NCBI GenBank assembly: GCA_023259135.1
Contig: JAHFQX010000004.1
Coordinates: forward strand, 645 to 64,644
Reading direction: 5' to 3'
Length of the DNA: 64,000 nucleotides
Source of the DNA: Betaproteobacteria bacterium
GTDB taxonomy: Bacteria > Pseudomonadota > Gammaproteobacteria > Burkholderiales > JAHFQX01
Shown: in pieces, positions 1 through 10,854 of the stretch
Position numbering within the stretch: the first letter of the stretch is position 1
Layout of the letters: each line of letters starts with the position of its first letter
Translations under genes and position numbers: made by a program
The notes under the pieces: generated by a model
What the model saw: only the letters and a program-made list of their open reading frames with translations
Told to the model about the DNA's origin: nothing
The model's database searches: none

Positions 1-146
1 TCGGGCACGCACAGGGTGCAGTCGATGCACTCGTCCGGATCGATCACCAGGCAGTTGGGGCCCTCGCGAAAGCAGTCCACCGGGCATACGTCGACGCAGT
101 CGGTGTATTTGCACTTGATGCAGCTTTCGGTCACCACATAAGTCAT
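1..146 (-). CDS. fdxA: 7Fe (dicluster) ferredoxin, 5' part; runs off window start
   Basis: Manual translation from ATG at 146: [48 protein letters not shown], the typical FdxA Cys pattern; absent from the ORF track. Confidence 0.92.
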   Translation of the reverse strand, partial: MTYVVTESCIKCKYTDCVDVCPVDCFREGPNCLVIDPDECIDCTLCVP

Positions 147-206
147 GATTTTTGTTCCTTAAGCAAACGGTACGGAAGGCCGGCATTCTACCAGAAACTC
201 GCTCCC

Positions 207-1193
207 TCATTGGTCCGGCGCGTAATCCAGGCCAGCCAGCTTGGACCGACAGGCAGCGAATTCTTGCCGCATCCGCGCCACCAGTTCCGCCGTGGTGGGA
301 ATATCTTGAATCGCCCCCACTCCCTGGCCGGCGCCCCAGATATCCTTCCACACCTTATGGCGCTCGCCGCCGGCGCTCTTGAATCCGGACTTGCCTTTCT
401 CGCTGGGAGGCAGGTTGTTGGGATCCAGACCCGCGTTGCGCACCGAGCGGGACAGATAATTGGCGTGGATGTTGCTGAAAAGATCGGTGTATACCACCTC
501 CTCGGCGGAGGATTCGACGATCATCCGCTTGTATTCGGGCACCGCATTGGCCTCTTGGGTGGCGATGAAGCGGGTGCCCATATAGGCCAGGTCCGCTCCC
601 ATGGCCAGGGCCGACAGCACGCCGCAGCCGTCGGAAATGGCTCCCGCCAGGATGATGACGCCGCCGAAAAATTCCCGCACTTCGGGAATCAGCGCGAAGG
701 GGCTCATGCGGCCGGCATGGCCGCCGCCGCCGGCGCACACCAGAATCAGGCCATCCACTCCCGCTTCCGCCGCCTTGCGGGCATGACGCACGTTGATCAC
801 GTCGTGGAACACCACCCCGCCGTAGCGATGCACCGAATCCAGCACCGCCCGCTCGGGAGCTTTCAGGCTGGTAATGATCACCGGAACTTCGTGGCGCACC
901 ACCATTTCCAAGTCCTGCTCCAGCCGCTCGTTGCTGGGATGGACGATGAGATTGACCCCAAAAGGAGCGACTTTGGCGGCCGGATGGGCGGCCTGGTAGG
1001 CGGCCAAATCGGTCTTGATGCGAGTCAGCCACACCTCCAGCTCCTCCACCGGACGGGCGTTCAGAGCCGGGAAAGTGCCGACGATGCCGGCCTGGCACTG
1101 GGCCAGCACCAGTTCCGGTCCGGAGACGATGAACATGGGGGAGCCGATGACCGGCAAGGTCAATTTTCCGGCCAGATTCGCGGAAATGGGCAT
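207..1193 (-). CDS. Nitronate monooxygenase / 2-nitropropane dioxygenase family flavoprotein
   Basis: LPVIGSPMF, AGGGGHAG, LAGAISDG and AYMGTRFIAT motifs. Confidence 0.88.
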   Translation of the reverse strand: MPISANLAGKLTLPVIGSPMFIVSGPELVLAQCQAGIVGTFPALNARPVEELEVWLTRIKTDLAAYQAAHPAAKVAPFGVNLIVHPSNERLEQDLEMVVRHEVPVIITSLKAPERAVLDSVHRYGGVVFHDVINVRHARKAAEAGVDGLILVCAGGGGHAGRMSPFALIPEVREFFGGVIILAGAISDGCGVLSALAMGADLAYMGTRFIATQEANAVPEYKRMIVESSAEEVVYTDLFSNIHANYLSRSVRNAGLDPNNLPPSEKGKSGFKSAGGERHKVWKDIWGAGQGVGAIQDIPTTAELVARMRQEFAACRSKLAGLDYAPDQ

Positions 1194-1342
1194 GAAAAAA
1201 CTCCTCTGAGTTTAAATTTGTCTGGACAAGCGGGTTTCGACTGCAAGGGTAGCAGCATCCTGCCTGCCTCGCCAAGCCGGCCCCTAAACAGGTTTAGAAT
1301 GACTAGCCTAAATCTGGCAGAGCGACTCGGGACACCCGGCTC

Positions 1343-2509
1343 ATGACTTCTTTGCCCTCACCCGGCCCCGCGGCCTTGGCCCACAGCCATCGGCTGGCCG
1401 CGGCCATTCAGGCCGAAATCGAAGCCAGCGGCGGCTGGTTGGATTTTGCCCGTTTCATGGAGCGGGCCCTTTACGCCCCCGGCCTGGGGTATTACAGCGC
1501 GGGCAGCCGAAAAATTGGCGCCGAGGGCGACTTCGTCACGGCCCCGGAAATTTCCCCGCTATTCGGCCGCGCCCTGGCCCGGCAGGTGGCGGAAATCCTG
1601 GGCCGATCGGGAGGGGACGTACTGGAGCTGGGGGCCGGCTCGGGTCGGCTGGCGGTGGACCTACTGCGGGGCTTGGAGGAATGCGGCTGTCCTCTCCGGC
1701 ATTACCTCATATTGGAAGTAAGCGCTGACCTGGCCGAGCGGCAGCGGAACCAAATTGCGCGGCAGGCCCCGGAGCATTTGCCCCGTTGCCGCTGGCTGGA
1801 GGCCTTGCCCGAAACCTTCGCCGGGGTGGTGCTGGCCAACGAGGTATTGGATGCGCTGCCGGTCCATTTGCTGGCCTGGCGAAAAGATGGCGTCTATGAG
1901 CGTGGAGCGGTCGTCGCCGGCGAGGGTTTTGGCTGGGAGGAGCGCCTCTTGGGTCCGGGCCCCTTGCGGGATAAAGCGCTGCGTTTGGGGCTGCCGACCG
2001 GTGCCGTGACCGAGATCGGGCTTGCCGCCCCGCGCTTGGTTCACACTTTGGGAAAAATCCTGAAGCAGGGTGTTCTGCTGCTGCTGGACTATGGGTTCCC
2101 CGAGCGAGAGTATTACCACCCGCAGCGATCCGGCGGCACCTTGATGTGCCATTACCGGCACCGGACTCACGACGATCCGCTCTGGCTGCCGGGACTCCAG
2201 GACATCACCAGCCACGTGAACTTTACCGCCATCGGCGAAGCCGGGACCGCAGCCGGGCTGGAGTTGCTGGGCTATACCTCGCAGGCTCGATTTCTCATCA
2301 ACTGCGGCATCGTCGATTTGCTGGCCCAGACCCCCGCGGAAGATATCCCGGCCTATCTGCCCCAAGCCGGCGCGGTGCAGCGGCTGCTGAGCCCGGCGGA
2401 AATGGGCGAGCTTTTCAAGGTGATGGCCCTGGGCAAGGGCCGCATGGCCCCTTTGTTGGGTTTCGGGCAAGGGGATCGCCGCCGCAGCCTGGCCCCGGAT
2501 GTGCGATAA
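1343..2509 (+). CDS. SAM-dependent methyltransferase, MidA/NDUFAF7 family
   Basis: ALYAPGLGYY, GDFVTAPEIS, LELGAGSG, ANEVLDALP, QDITSHVNF, EMGELFKV. Confidence 0.9.
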   Translation: MTSLPSPGPAALAHSHRLAAAIQAEIEASGGWLDFARFMERALYAPGLGYYSAGSRKIGAEGDFVTAPEISPLFGRALARQVAEILGRSGGDVLELGAGSGRLAVDLLRGLEECGCPLRHYLILEVSADLAERQRNQIARQAPEHLPRCRWLEALPETFAGVVLANEVLDALPVHLLAWRKDGVYERGAVVAGEGFGWEERLLGPGPLRDKALRLGLPTGAVTEIGLAAPRLVHTLGKILKQGVLLLLDYGFPEREYYHPQRSGGTLMCHYRHRTHDDPLWLPGLQDITSHVNFTAIGEAGTAAGLELLGYTSQARFLINCGIVDLLAQTPAEDIPAYLPQAGAVQRLLSPAEMGELFKVMALGKGRMAPLLGFGQGDRRRSLAPDVR

Positions 2510-2544
2510 TTTTCCGACGGCCTACCCTCTCGAAAAGACTCGCC

Positions 2545-5208
2545 ATGGCGGAGTACCCGGATCACGACCCCCAAGAAACCCAGGAGTGGCTGGAAGCTCT
2601 GGAGGCGGTGCTAAGCCGCGAAGGCCCGGAGCGCGCCCATTACCTGCTGGAAAAATTGGTGGACAAGGCCCGCCGTTCCGGGGCTTATCTGCCCTACAGC
2701 GCCAACACCGCTTACATCAACACCCTCCCCCCCCACTTGGAGGAGAAATCCCCGGGGGACTTCGAGTTGGAACACCAGATTCGCTCCCTGGTGCGCTGGA
2801 ACGCGGTGGCCATGGTGCTGCAAGCCAACAAGGACAGTTCGGAGCTGGGCGGACATATCGCCAGCTTCCAGTCCGCCGCCACTTTATATGATGTCGGCTT
2901 CGACCATTTCTTCCATGCGCCCAGCGAGGGCCACGGCGGCGATTTGGTTTACATCCAGGGCCATTCGGCCCCCGGGGTCTATGCTCGAGCCTATCTGGAA
3001 GGGCGCCTTACCGAGGAACAATTGAAAAATTTCCGCCGGGAGGTGGACGGCAAGGGGCTCCCATCCTATCCCCACCCCTGGCTGATGCCGGATTTCTGGC
3101 AATTTCCCACGGTGTCCATGGGGCTGGGGCCGCTGCTGGCGATTTATCAGGCTCGTTTCATGAAATATTTGCACGACCGGGGCTTGGCGGATACCGCCCC
3201 CCGCAAGGTGTGGGCTTTCATGGGGGACGGCGAGATGGACGAGCCCGAGGCCCTGGGGGCCATTTCCCTGGCGGGTCGGGAGCATCTGGACAATCTGATT
3301 TTCGTGGTCAACTGCAATTTGCAGCGCCTGGACGGCCCGGTGCGGGGCAACGGCAAAATCATTCAAGAATTGGAGTCGGATTTTCGCGGCGCCGGCTGGA
3401 ACGTGATCAAGGTAATCTGGGGCCGCTACTGGGACCCGTTGCTGGCCCGGGACGCCCAGGGCATTCTGCAAAAGCGCATGGAAGAAGCCCTGGACGGGGA
3501 TTATCAGAGCTATAAAGCCCACGACGGCGCCTTTGTCCGCAAGCACTTCTTCGGCAAGTATCCGGAATTGCTGGAGATGGTGTCCTCCATGAGCGACGAC
3601 GATATCTGGCGGCTGAACCGCGGCGGCCATGATCCCCACAAGGTCTACCCCGCCTACGCCGCGGCGGTGAAGCACCGGGGACAGCCCACGGTGATCCTGG
3701 CCAAGACTATCAAGGGCTACGGCATGGGGGCCGCCGGCGAGGGCCAGAACATCACCCATCAGCAGAAAAAGATGGGGGTGGAAGCCCTGAAGGCATTCCG
3801 CGACCGCTTCAAGATCCCCGTTCCCGACGAGGGTATTGCGGAGGCCCCCTTCTTCAAGCCCGCCGAGGACGATCCGGCGATGCGCTATCTCATGGAGCGC
3901 CGCAAGGCCCTGGGCGGTTTTTTGCCCGCCCGGCGGCGCACCGCGGAGCCCCTGCAAATCCCCGGCTTGTCGCAGTTCGAGACCCTGCTGGCCGGCACCG
4001 ACAATCGGGAAATGTCCACCACCATGGGCTTTGTGCGCATCCTCTCGGCCCTGGTGCGGGACCCGCACATCGGCAAGCGGGTGGTGCCCATCGTCCCCGA
4101 CGAATCCCGCACCTTCGGCATGGAAGGGATGTTCCGCCAATTGGGGATTTATTCATCGGTGGGCCAGCTCTACGAGCCCCAGGACAAGGACCAACTGATG
4201 TTCTACCGGGAGGACAAGCAAGGCCAGATCCTCCAGGAAGGCATTTGCGAAGCGGGGGCCACCAGCTCGTGGATCGCCGCGGCCACTGCCTACAGCACCC
4301 ACGGCCTCATCATGTTGCCCTTCTACATTTTCTACTCGATGTTCGGCTTCCAGCGGGTGGGAGATTTGCTCTGGGGGGCGGGAGATTGCCAGGCGCGGGG
4401 CTTCCTCATTGGCGGCACCTCGGGGCGCACCACCCTGGCGGGAGAGGGCTTGCAGCACCAGGATGGCCATAGCCACCTGCTGGCGTCGGTCATTCCCAAC
4501 TGCGTGGCTTACGACCCCACCTTCAATTACGAGTTGGCGGTAATCATCCAGGACGGTTTGCGGCGCATGGCCGGCGAGCAGGAAAACGTCTTCTATTACG
4601 TCACTGTCCTCAACGAAAACTATGCCCATCCCGCCATGCCGGAAGGCGTTCAGGAGGGCATTCTCCAGGGCATGTACCTGTTGCGGGAAACCCCCGCCTC
4701 CCGGACCGATGCGCCCACCGTGCAGTTGCTGGGCTGCGGCGCCATCCTGCGGGAAGTGCTGGCGGCGGCCGAATTGCTGCGGGAGGATTTCGGCATCGCC
4801 TCGGACGTCTGGAGCGTCACCAGTTTCACCCAACTGCGCCGCCAGGGCTTGGATGCCGAGCGCTGGAACACGCTGCATCCGGAGGTCCCGCCCCGCAAGA
4901 GCTACGTCGAGACCTGCCTGGCGCCCCGTGCCGGCCCGGTAGTGGCGGCCACCGATTACATGAGGCTGTTCGCCGACCAGATTCGCCCCTTTGTGCCCCG
5001 CCGCTACCGGGTGCTGGGAACCGACGGTTTCGGCCGCTCCGACACCCGCCGGCAGTTGCGGAAGTTCTTCGAGGTGGATCGTTATTGGGTAACGGTGGCG
5101 GCCTTGCGAACCCTGGCCGAGGAAGGCGCCATCACCGCCGCCCAAGTGGCCGAGGCGATTCGCAAGTACGGGATCGACCCGGATAAGCCCAACCCCACCA
5201 CCGTCTAA
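2545..5208 (+). CDS. aceE: Pyruvate dehydrogenase E1 component, homodimeric type
   Basis: Start trimmed to [15 protein letters not shown]; [28 protein letters not shown]...[10 protein letters not shown] thiamine-PP motif. Confidence 0.97.
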   Translation: MAEYPDHDPQETQEWLEALEAVLSREGPERAHYLLEKLVDKARRSGAYLPYSANTAYINTLPPHLEEKSPGDFELEHQIRSLVRWNAVAMVLQANKDSSELGGHIASFQSAATLYDVGFDHFFHAPSEGHGGDLVYIQGHSAPGVYARAYLEGRLTEEQLKNFRREVDGKGLPSYPHPWLMPDFWQFPTVSMGLGPLLAIYQARFMKYLHDRGLADTAPRKVWAFMGDGEMDEPEALGAISLAGREHLDNLIFVVNCNLQRLDGPVRGNGKIIQELESDFRGAGWNVIKVIWGRYWDPLLARDAQGILQKRMEEALDGDYQSYKAHDGAFVRKHFFGKYPELLEMVSSMSDDDIWRLNRGGHDPHKVYPAYAAAVKHRGQPTVILAKTIKGYGMGAAGEGQNITHQQKKMGVEALKAFRDRFKIPVPDEGIAEAPFFKPAEDDPAMRYLMERRKALGGFLPARRRTAEPLQIPGLSQFETLLAGTDNREMSTTMGFVRILSALVRDPHIGKRVVPIVPDESRTFGMEGMFRQLGIYSSVGQLYEPQDKDQLMFYREDKQGQILQEGICEAGATSSWIAAATAYSTHGLIMLPFYIFYSMFGFQRVGDLLWGAGDCQARGFLIGGTSGRTTLAGEGLQHQDGHSHLLASVIPNCVAYDPTFNYELAVIIQDGLRRMAGEQENVFYYVTVLNENYAHPAMPEGVQEGILQGMYLLRETPASRTDAPTVQLLGCGAILREVLAAAELLREDFGIASDVWSVTSFTQLRRQGLDAERWNTLHPEVPPRKSYVETCLAPRAGPVVAATDYMRLFADQIRPFVPRRYRVLGTDGFGRSDTRRQLRKFFEVDRYWVTVAALRTLAEEGAITAAQVAEAIRKYGIDPDKPNPTTV

Positions 5209-5222
5209 GGAAGGAGTGTTCT

Positions 5223-6488
5223 TTGGCCGCCGTCAAGGAAGTCCGGGTGCCGGATATCGGCAACTTCGTCAACGTGGATGTGATCGAGGTGTTCGTCAAG
5301 CCCGGCGACCGCGTGCATGCCGACCAATCCCTCATCACCCTGGAGTCCGACAAGGCCACAGTGGAAATCCCTGCCCCCGCAGACGGCGTGGTGCGGGAGC
5401 TGCTGGTCAAGGTGGGGGATAAAGTCTCCACCGGCTCCCCGGTGCTGACTTTGGAGGTGGAAGCAGACGCCGCCCGGACCGTCACCGCTTCACCCCCGCC
5501 GCCCGCCGCCCCGCAGCCGGCACCACCGGCAACTCCGCCGCCTGCGGCCGCGAGCGCCCCCGGGCCAATGCCGACAGCCCTATCCAGCTTTGCCCAGGTG
5601 CATGCCAGCCCCTCGGTGCGGCATTTCGCCCGGGAGCTGGGAGTGGATCTTTCCAAGGTGCGGGGGAGGGGGCCCAAGGAAAGAATCCTCAAGGAAGACG
5701 TCCAGGCTTACGTGAAAGGGGCGCTGGCTCAGCCGGCCGCGGCCGGGGGAGGGGCTTTCCCGCCGCCGCCCGAAGTGGATTTTTCCCGTTTCGGTCCCGT
5801 CGAAACGCAGGCATTGTCTCGGGTGAAAAAGCTGTCGGGGCCCCATCTGCACCGCAGTTGGGTCGGCATCCCCCACGTCACCCAGCATGATCTGGCGGAC
5901 ATCACCGAACTGGAAGCCTTCCGCAAAGCCATGGCCGAAGAAGCCCGGGCCCAAGGGGTGCGGCTCACTTTGCTGGCTTTCGTCATGAAGGCCAGCGTGG
6001 CCGCCCTCCAGCAGTTCCCGGAATTCAACGCTTCCCTGGCCGCGGATGGGCAGAGCCTGATCCTGAAGCGCTACTACCATCTGGGCTGCGCGGTGGATAC
6101 TCCCGAAGGACTGGTGGTTCCGGTGATCCGCAACGTGGACCAGAAAAGCGTTCTGCAACTGGCCGGCGAGCTGGCGGCGTTGAGCGCCAAGGCGCGGGAC
6201 CGCAAGCTGGCTCCCGACGACATTCAGGGCGGATGTTTTTCCATATCCAGCCTGGGGGGCATCGGCGGCACCGCCTTCACTCCCATCATCAACGCCCCGG
6301 AAGTGGCGATTCTCGGCATTTCCAAGTCCGCCATGCAGCCCATCTTCCGCGACGGGGCTTTCGTGCCGCGCCTGATGCTTCCCCTCTCCCTCTCCTACGA
6401 TCACCGGGTCATAGACGGCGCGGCGGCGGCCCGCTTCACCACCTTGCTGGGATCCCTGTTGGGCGATCTGCGCCGCCTGGTTCTTTGA
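5223..6488 (+). CDS. aceF: Dihydrolipoamide acetyltransferase (PDH E2), single lipoyl domain
   Basis: TTG start after AAGGAG; lipoyl ESDKA, HASPSVR E3-binding domain, catalytic YDHRVIDG. Confidence 0.95.
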   Translation: MAAVKEVRVPDIGNFVNVDVIEVFVKPGDRVHADQSLITLESDKATVEIPAPADGVVRELLVKVGDKVSTGSPVLTLEVEADAARTVTASPPPPAAPQPAPPATPPPAAASAPGPMPTALSSFAQVHASPSVRHFARELGVDLSKVRGRGPKERILKEDVQAYVKGALAQPAAAGGGAFPPPPEVDFSRFGPVETQALSRVKKLSGPHLHRSWVGIPHVTQHDLADITELEAFRKAMAEEARAQGVRLTLLAFVMKASVAALQQFPEFNASLAADGQSLILKRYYHLGCAVDTPEGLVVPVIRNVDQKSVLQLAGELAALSAKARDRKLAPDDIQGGCFSISSLGGIGGTAFTPIINAPEVAILGISKSAMQPIFRDGAFVPRLMLPLSLSYDHRVIDGAAAARFTTLLGSLLGDLRRLVL

Positions 6489-6531
6489 ACCCGGATCCGG
6501 CGGTCGGCCGCTTATCGCTTCGGAATCCGGC

Positions 6532-7197
6532 ATGAGTCTGTTGCCCATCGGCCTGTTGGGAGGCGCCTTCGACCCGATTCATTTCGGCCATCTGCGGCTG
6601 GGCCTGGAAGCCGCCGAGCGCCTGGGCCTGGAGCAAGTGCGCTTTATCCCCACCGGGATACCCCCCCACCGGGCGGCGCCCCGCACCTCGGCCCCGCACC
6701 GTTTCGAGATGACCCGCATCGCGGTGGCCGGAAACCCGCTGTTTTCCCTCGATGACCGGGAAATCCGCCGCGCCGGCCCGTGCTATACGGTCGACACCCT
6801 GGAAGCGCTGCGCGCCGAACTGGGTTCCGCCCGGCCGCTGTGCCTACTGCTGGGCGGCGATGCCTTTCTCGGTTTGGCCACCTGGCATCGCTGGCGGGAA
6901 TTGTTCGGCCTGTGCCACATCGTGGTGGCGAACCGGCCCGGCATCACCCTGGCGACGCTGGAGCAAACCATGCCGGAAGCCTTGCGAAGCGAAACCCAAA
7001 CCCGCCGGGACGCCGCGGCGACGTTACGGGCCCCCGCCGGAACAATAGTGCCGCTGCCCATCCCGTCGCTGGATATTTCCTCCACGGCCATCCGCGGCTT
7101 GTTGGCGGCGGGCCGCAGCCCGCGTTATTTGCTCCCCCACGGCGTTCTCGAATATATTGGGCGTCATGGCTTATACCGGGAGAACAATGCAGTCTGA
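6532..7197 (+). CDS. nadD: Nicotinate-nucleotide adenylyltransferase
   Basis: GGAFDPIHFGH, PPHR, ISSTAIR; precedes rsfS-rlmH. Confidence 0.95.
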   Translation: MSLLPIGLLGGAFDPIHFGHLRLGLEAAERLGLEQVRFIPTGIPPHRAAPRTSAPHRFEMTRIAVAGNPLFSLDDREIRRAGPCYTVDTLEALRAELGSARPLCLLLGGDAFLGLATWHRWRELFGLCHIVVANRPGITLATLEQTMPEALRSETQTRRDAAATLRAPAGTIVPLPIPSLDISSTAIRGLLAAGRSPRYLLPHGVLEYIGRHGLYRENNAV

Positions 7198-7519
7198 CGC
7201 GCTGAAGCAAGCCGCCGTTGCGGCCCTGGAAGACATCAAGGCCCGCGATATCGCCGTTTTGGATACCCGCCGGCTCACTTCGCTGTTCGATTTCCTGATT
7301 GTCGCCACCGGCGATTCCAGCCGCCAGGTCAAGGCCTTGAGCACCCATCTCCAGGAACGGATCAAATCCCTCGGGGCGCCGATTCACGGCGCGGAGGGCG
7401 AAAAAACCGGCGAGTGGATTTTGGTGGATCTGGGAGACGTGGTAGTGAACATCATGCTGCCCGCCAGCCGGGAATACTATAACCTCGAGGAATTGTGGAC
7501 CGAGCCGGGGTCGGCTTAA
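7187..7519 (+). CDS. rsfS: Ribosome silencing factor
   Basis: ALEDIKARDI, WILVDLGDVVVNIM, REYYNLEELW; ATG at 7187 after GGAG. Confidence 0.95.
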   Translation: MQSDALKQAAVAALEDIKARDIAVLDTRRLTSLFDFLIVATGDSSRQVKALSTHLQERIKSLGAPIHGAEGEKTGEWILVDLGDVVVNIMLPASREYYNLEELWTEPGSA

Positions 7520-7540
7520 CCCCGGGAGCGGCGCCGAGAC

Positions 7541-8008
7541 ATGAAACTCTACGTGGCGGCGGTTTGCCACCGGACACCGTCTTGGGTGGAGGAGGGCTTC
7601 CGGGAATATGCCGGGAGAATGCCCCGGGAAGCCCGCATCGAACTCGTCGAAATCAAGGCGCGGCGCAGAGGGGGGGAAGACCTGGCGCGAATGCTGGATC
7701 TCGAGGCGCAACGGATCGACGCCGCCTTGCCGCGCAGCGCCTGGCGAGTAGCGCTGGATGAACGGGGCGCGGCGCTATCCAGCCCCGACTTGGCCGGCAA
7801 GCTCAGCGCTTGGCGGGAGACCGGCCGGGATGTGGGCTTGATCATCGGCGGCTCCGACGGACTGGCGCCGCGGATCCGGGAGTCAGCCCATTTCGTCTGG
7901 TCTTTATCCCCTTTGACCTTGCCCCATGGACTGGTCAGGATTCTAGTCGCCGAGCAGCTTTACCGGGCCCATACTATCCTGGCGGGTCATCCTTATCATC
8001 GAGATTGA
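7541..8008 (+). CDS. rlmH: 23S rRNA pseudouridine-1915 N3-methyltransferase
   Basis: IIGGSDG, LTLPHGLVR, EQLYRA, GHPYHR SPOUT motifs. Confidence 0.95.
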   Translation: MKLYVAAVCHRTPSWVEEGFREYAGRMPREARIELVEIKARRRGGEDLARMLDLEAQRIDAALPRSAWRVALDERGAALSSPDLAGKLSAWRETGRDVGLIIGGSDGLAPRIRESAHFVWSLSPLTLPHGLVRILVAEQLYRAHTILAGHPYHRD

Positions 8009-8025
8009 GGGCGAAGGAAGCTTTG

Positions 8026-8637
8026 TTGACGCAAAAAATTTATCTGGCCTCGCGCAGCCCGCGGCGGCGCGAGCTGTTGCAGCAGATCGGGGTGCGCTTT
8101 GAAACCTTGTTGTTGCGGGAGCGCCCGCCGCGGGGAGCGGACGTGAACGAAGCGCCGCTGGCGGGGGAGGATCGGGCAAGCTATGTGACCCGTCTCGCCC
8201 GGCAGAAAGCCAAGTCCGGCTGGACCCGGGTGGAACAGCGCGGCTTGCCGGCCCGTCCGGTGCTGGCGGCCGATACGGCGGTGGTGTTGGACGGGGAGAT
8301 TTTCGGCAAGCCGGACCATGCCGAGCATGCCGCGGCGATGCTGCGGCGTTTGTCCGGCCGGGAACATCAGGTGCTGACTGCCGTCGCCGTAGCCTTCGGA
8401 CGGCGGGTGGAGATGGCCATGTCCGCTACCCTGGTGGAGTTCGGCGTCATCGAGGAGCCGGCAATCGCCGAGTACGTATTCACCGGCGAGCCGCTGGATA
8501 AAGCCGGTGGCTACGCAATTCAAGGGCGGGGCGGCGTATTCGTTAAGCGCTTATCCGGCAGCTATTCCGGCGTGGTGGGTCTGCCCCTGCTGGAAACCAC
8601 CGTGCTGTTGCGCCGCTTTGAGGGGGGGCCGTCATGA
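8026..8637 (+). CDS. maf: Maf family nucleoside triphosphate pyrophosphatase (YhdE-like)
   Basis: IYLASRSPRRRELL, AADTAVVLDG.IFGKP, EPLDKAGGYAIQG; TTG start (8023 or 8026) inferred from RBS. Confidence 0.9.
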   Translation: MTQKIYLASRSPRRRELLQQIGVRFETLLLRERPPRGADVNEAPLAGEDRASYVTRLARQKAKSGWTRVEQRGLPARPVLAADTAVVLDGEIFGKPDHAEHAAAMLRRLSGREHQVLTAVAVAFGRRVEMAMSATLVEFGVIEEPAIAEYVFTGEPLDKAGGYAIQGRGGVFVKRLSGSYSGVVGLPLLETTVLLRRFEGGPS

Positions 8638-10079
8638 ACGAGCGCATCCTGATCAACGTCACCCCCCAGGAAACCCGGGTAGCCGTTTTTCAGCACGGCG
8701 TCGCTCAAGAACTGCATATCGAGCGGGCCCGCAACCGAGGGCGGGTGGGCAACGTCTATATGGGCAAGGTGTCTCGGGTTTTGCCCGGCATGCAATCGGC
8801 GTTCATCAACATCGGCCTGGAGCGGGCCGCTTTTCTGCATGTGGCGGATTTGTGGGCGCCCCCCGGCGAGGCCCCGGCCCCCATCGAGAAGCGGCTGCGG
8901 GAAGGGCAAATTCTCATGGTCCAGGTGGCCAAGGATCCCATCGGCAGCAAGGGGGCGCGGCTCACCACCCAAATCAGCATCGCCGGCCGGCTGCTGGTCC
9001 ATCTACCCCAGGAAAACCATATCGGGGTGTCGCAGAAGATCGAGGACGAGGCCGAGCGGCTGGCTCTGAAGGAGCGGTTGCAGCAGATCACGGCCTCAAG
9101 CAGCGGCGGATTTATCCTGCGCACCGTGGCGGAAGGGGCGAGCGACGCGGAATTGCGCACCGATGCCGAGTATTTGTGCAAGCTGTGGGGTGACCTGCTG
9201 GAGAGCTCCCGGACCGCCGAAGCCCCGGCGCTGCTCTATCAGGATCTGGATTTGGCCGTGCGGACCCTGCGGGATCTGGCCAGCGAGGAAACCGGCCGCA
9301 TCGTGGTGGATTCCCGGGAAACTTTTCAGCGGGTGCTCGCCTTCGCCCAGCAATACACCCGAATTTTCGCCGACCGGATCGAGCACTATACCGGGGAGCG
9401 GCCGCTGTTCGATCTTTACGGAGTGGAAGAGGAGATCCAGCGCAGCCTGGCAAAGCGGGTGGAGCTAAAATCCGGCGGCTATCTCGTCATCGACCAAACC
9501 GAGGCCCTGACCACGGTGGACGTCAACACCGGCGGGTTCGTCGGAGAGCGTAGCTTCACCGACACCGTCTTCAAGACCAATCTGGAAGCCGCTCAAGTCA
9601 TCGCCCGGCAATTGCGCCTGAGAAATCTGGGGGGGATGATCATCGTGGACTTCATCGACATGGACACCCCGGAACACCGGGAAGCGGTCCTGCAAGAATT
9701 CAAGAAAGCCCTGGCCCGCGATCGGACCCGGACCACCCTGAACGGATTCAGCCCCCTGGGCCTGGTGGAAATGACCCGCAAGCGCACCCGGGAGAGCCTG
9801 GCCCGCATCCTGTGCGAGCCGTGTCCCACCTGCCAAGGGCGAGGTGAAATCAAAACCGCCCGGACGGTGTGTTACGAAATCCTCCGGGACTTGCTGCGGG
9901 AAGCGCGCCAGTTCGATGCCCGGGAATTCCGCATCCTGGCCTCCCAGTCGGTGATCGATTTGCTGCTGGACGAGGAATCCCAGGGCTTGGCGCAACTCGA
10001 GTATTTCATCGGCAAGCCCATTTCTCTCCAAGTGGAAAGCCAATACACCCAGGAACTGTACGATGTCATCCTTATTTGA
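8634..10079 (+). CDS. rng: Ribonuclease G
   Basis: S1 domain VLPGMQSAF, DVNTGGFVG, RLRNLGGMIIVDFIDM, CPTCQGRG; follows maf. Confidence 0.95.
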   Translation: MNERILINVTPQETRVAVFQHGVAQELHIERARNRGRVGNVYMGKVSRVLPGMQSAFINIGLERAAFLHVADLWAPPGEAPAPIEKRLREGQILMVQVAKDPIGSKGARLTTQISIAGRLLVHLPQENHIGVSQKIEDEAERLALKERLQQITASSSGGFILRTVAEGASDAELRTDAEYLCKLWGDLLESSRTAEAPALLYQDLDLAVRTLRDLASEETGRIVVDSRETFQRVLAFAQQYTRIFADRIEHYTGERPLFDLYGVEEEIQRSLAKRVELKSGGYLVIDQTEALTTVDVNTGGFVGERSFTDTVFKTNLEAAQVIARQLRLRNLGGMIIVDFIDMDTPEHREAVLQEFKKALARDRTRTTLNGFSPLGLVEMTRKRTRESLARILCEPCPTCQGRGEIKTARTVCYEILRDLLREARQFDAREFRILASQSVIDLLLDEESQGLAQLEYFIGKPISLQVESQYTQELYDVILI

Positions 10080-10809
10080 GAAAACGCCGCATAAACCGGC
10101 GGGGGGCGCCGCGCAACGCGGCCATGGGCCCCGGGCGCTGCTCGCTTGCGTTACCCTCCTGGCGGCTGTCTCCGCTTGGGGGGAGTCGTGCCGGGTACTG
10201 GATCCGGAGCTTTCAGGGGTCTACGAAGGCGGCTGCAAGAACGGGCTGGCCCATGGATTCGGCCAGGCCAAGGGAAGCAACGCCACCTACCACGGCTACT
10301 TCCGCGCCGGGATGAAGCACGGCAAGGGAATCAAGGTCTGGTCCCATGGCGATCGCTATGAAGGCGAATTTCGCAACGACCGGCGTAACGGCCAGGGGGT
10401 CTATACTTGGGGCGCCGCCACCCCTTGGGCGGGAGAAAAATATACCGGCGAATTCAAGAACGATTTACGCCAGGGCCACGGGGTGTACCAGTGGCCCAGC
10501 GGCGACCGTTTCGAGGGCCGGTGGGAGCAGGGCAACCGCCTGGGGCTCACGCCCATGGAAAATCGCCAGCAGGCTGCCGCCAAAGCCCTGGCCGAAGCGT
10601 TCCGGCCGGGCACGGCGGTTTGCGCCGAAACGCCGTTGGGAATCGGCGGCGCCCGGCGCATCAAGGCCGCCGTGGAGGCCGTGCAGGATCGGAAAATCCG
10701 CGTGAAGGTGCTCGATCCCGGCGCAGGCGGGGAGCCTTATCAAGGGCAGCCGGTGGCCGGCGGGACGGTGTTGACGGACGATCTATATAATTGGACGCTT
10801 TGCCGATGA
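10063..10809 (+). CDS. Exported MORN-repeat protein
   Basis: Signal-like hydrophobic stretch then repeated YxGxFxxxxxxGxGxYxW units; start codon uncertain. Confidence 0.8.
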   Translation: MSSLFEKTPHKPAGGAAQRGHGPRALLACVTLLAAVSAWGESCRVLDPELSGVYEGGCKNGLAHGFGQAKGSNATYHGYFRAGMKHGKGIKVWSHGDRYEGEFRNDRRNGQGVYTWGAATPWAGEKYTGEFKNDLRQGHGVYQWPSGDRFEGRWEQGNRLGLTPMENRQQAAAKALAEAFRPGTAVCAETPLGIGGARRIKAAVEAVQDRKIRVKVLDPGAGGEPYQGQPVAGGTVLTDDLYNWTLCR

Positions 10810-10854
10810 TCGGCGGTTCCATTAACTTTTAACTTTTCGCGAAGAGGAAAAGCG

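Noticed and set aside
10230-10540. Periodic sequence that might be a CRISPR or DNA repeat
   Set aside because: Explained by protein-level MORN repeats; no identical direct repeats with spacers and no cas genes
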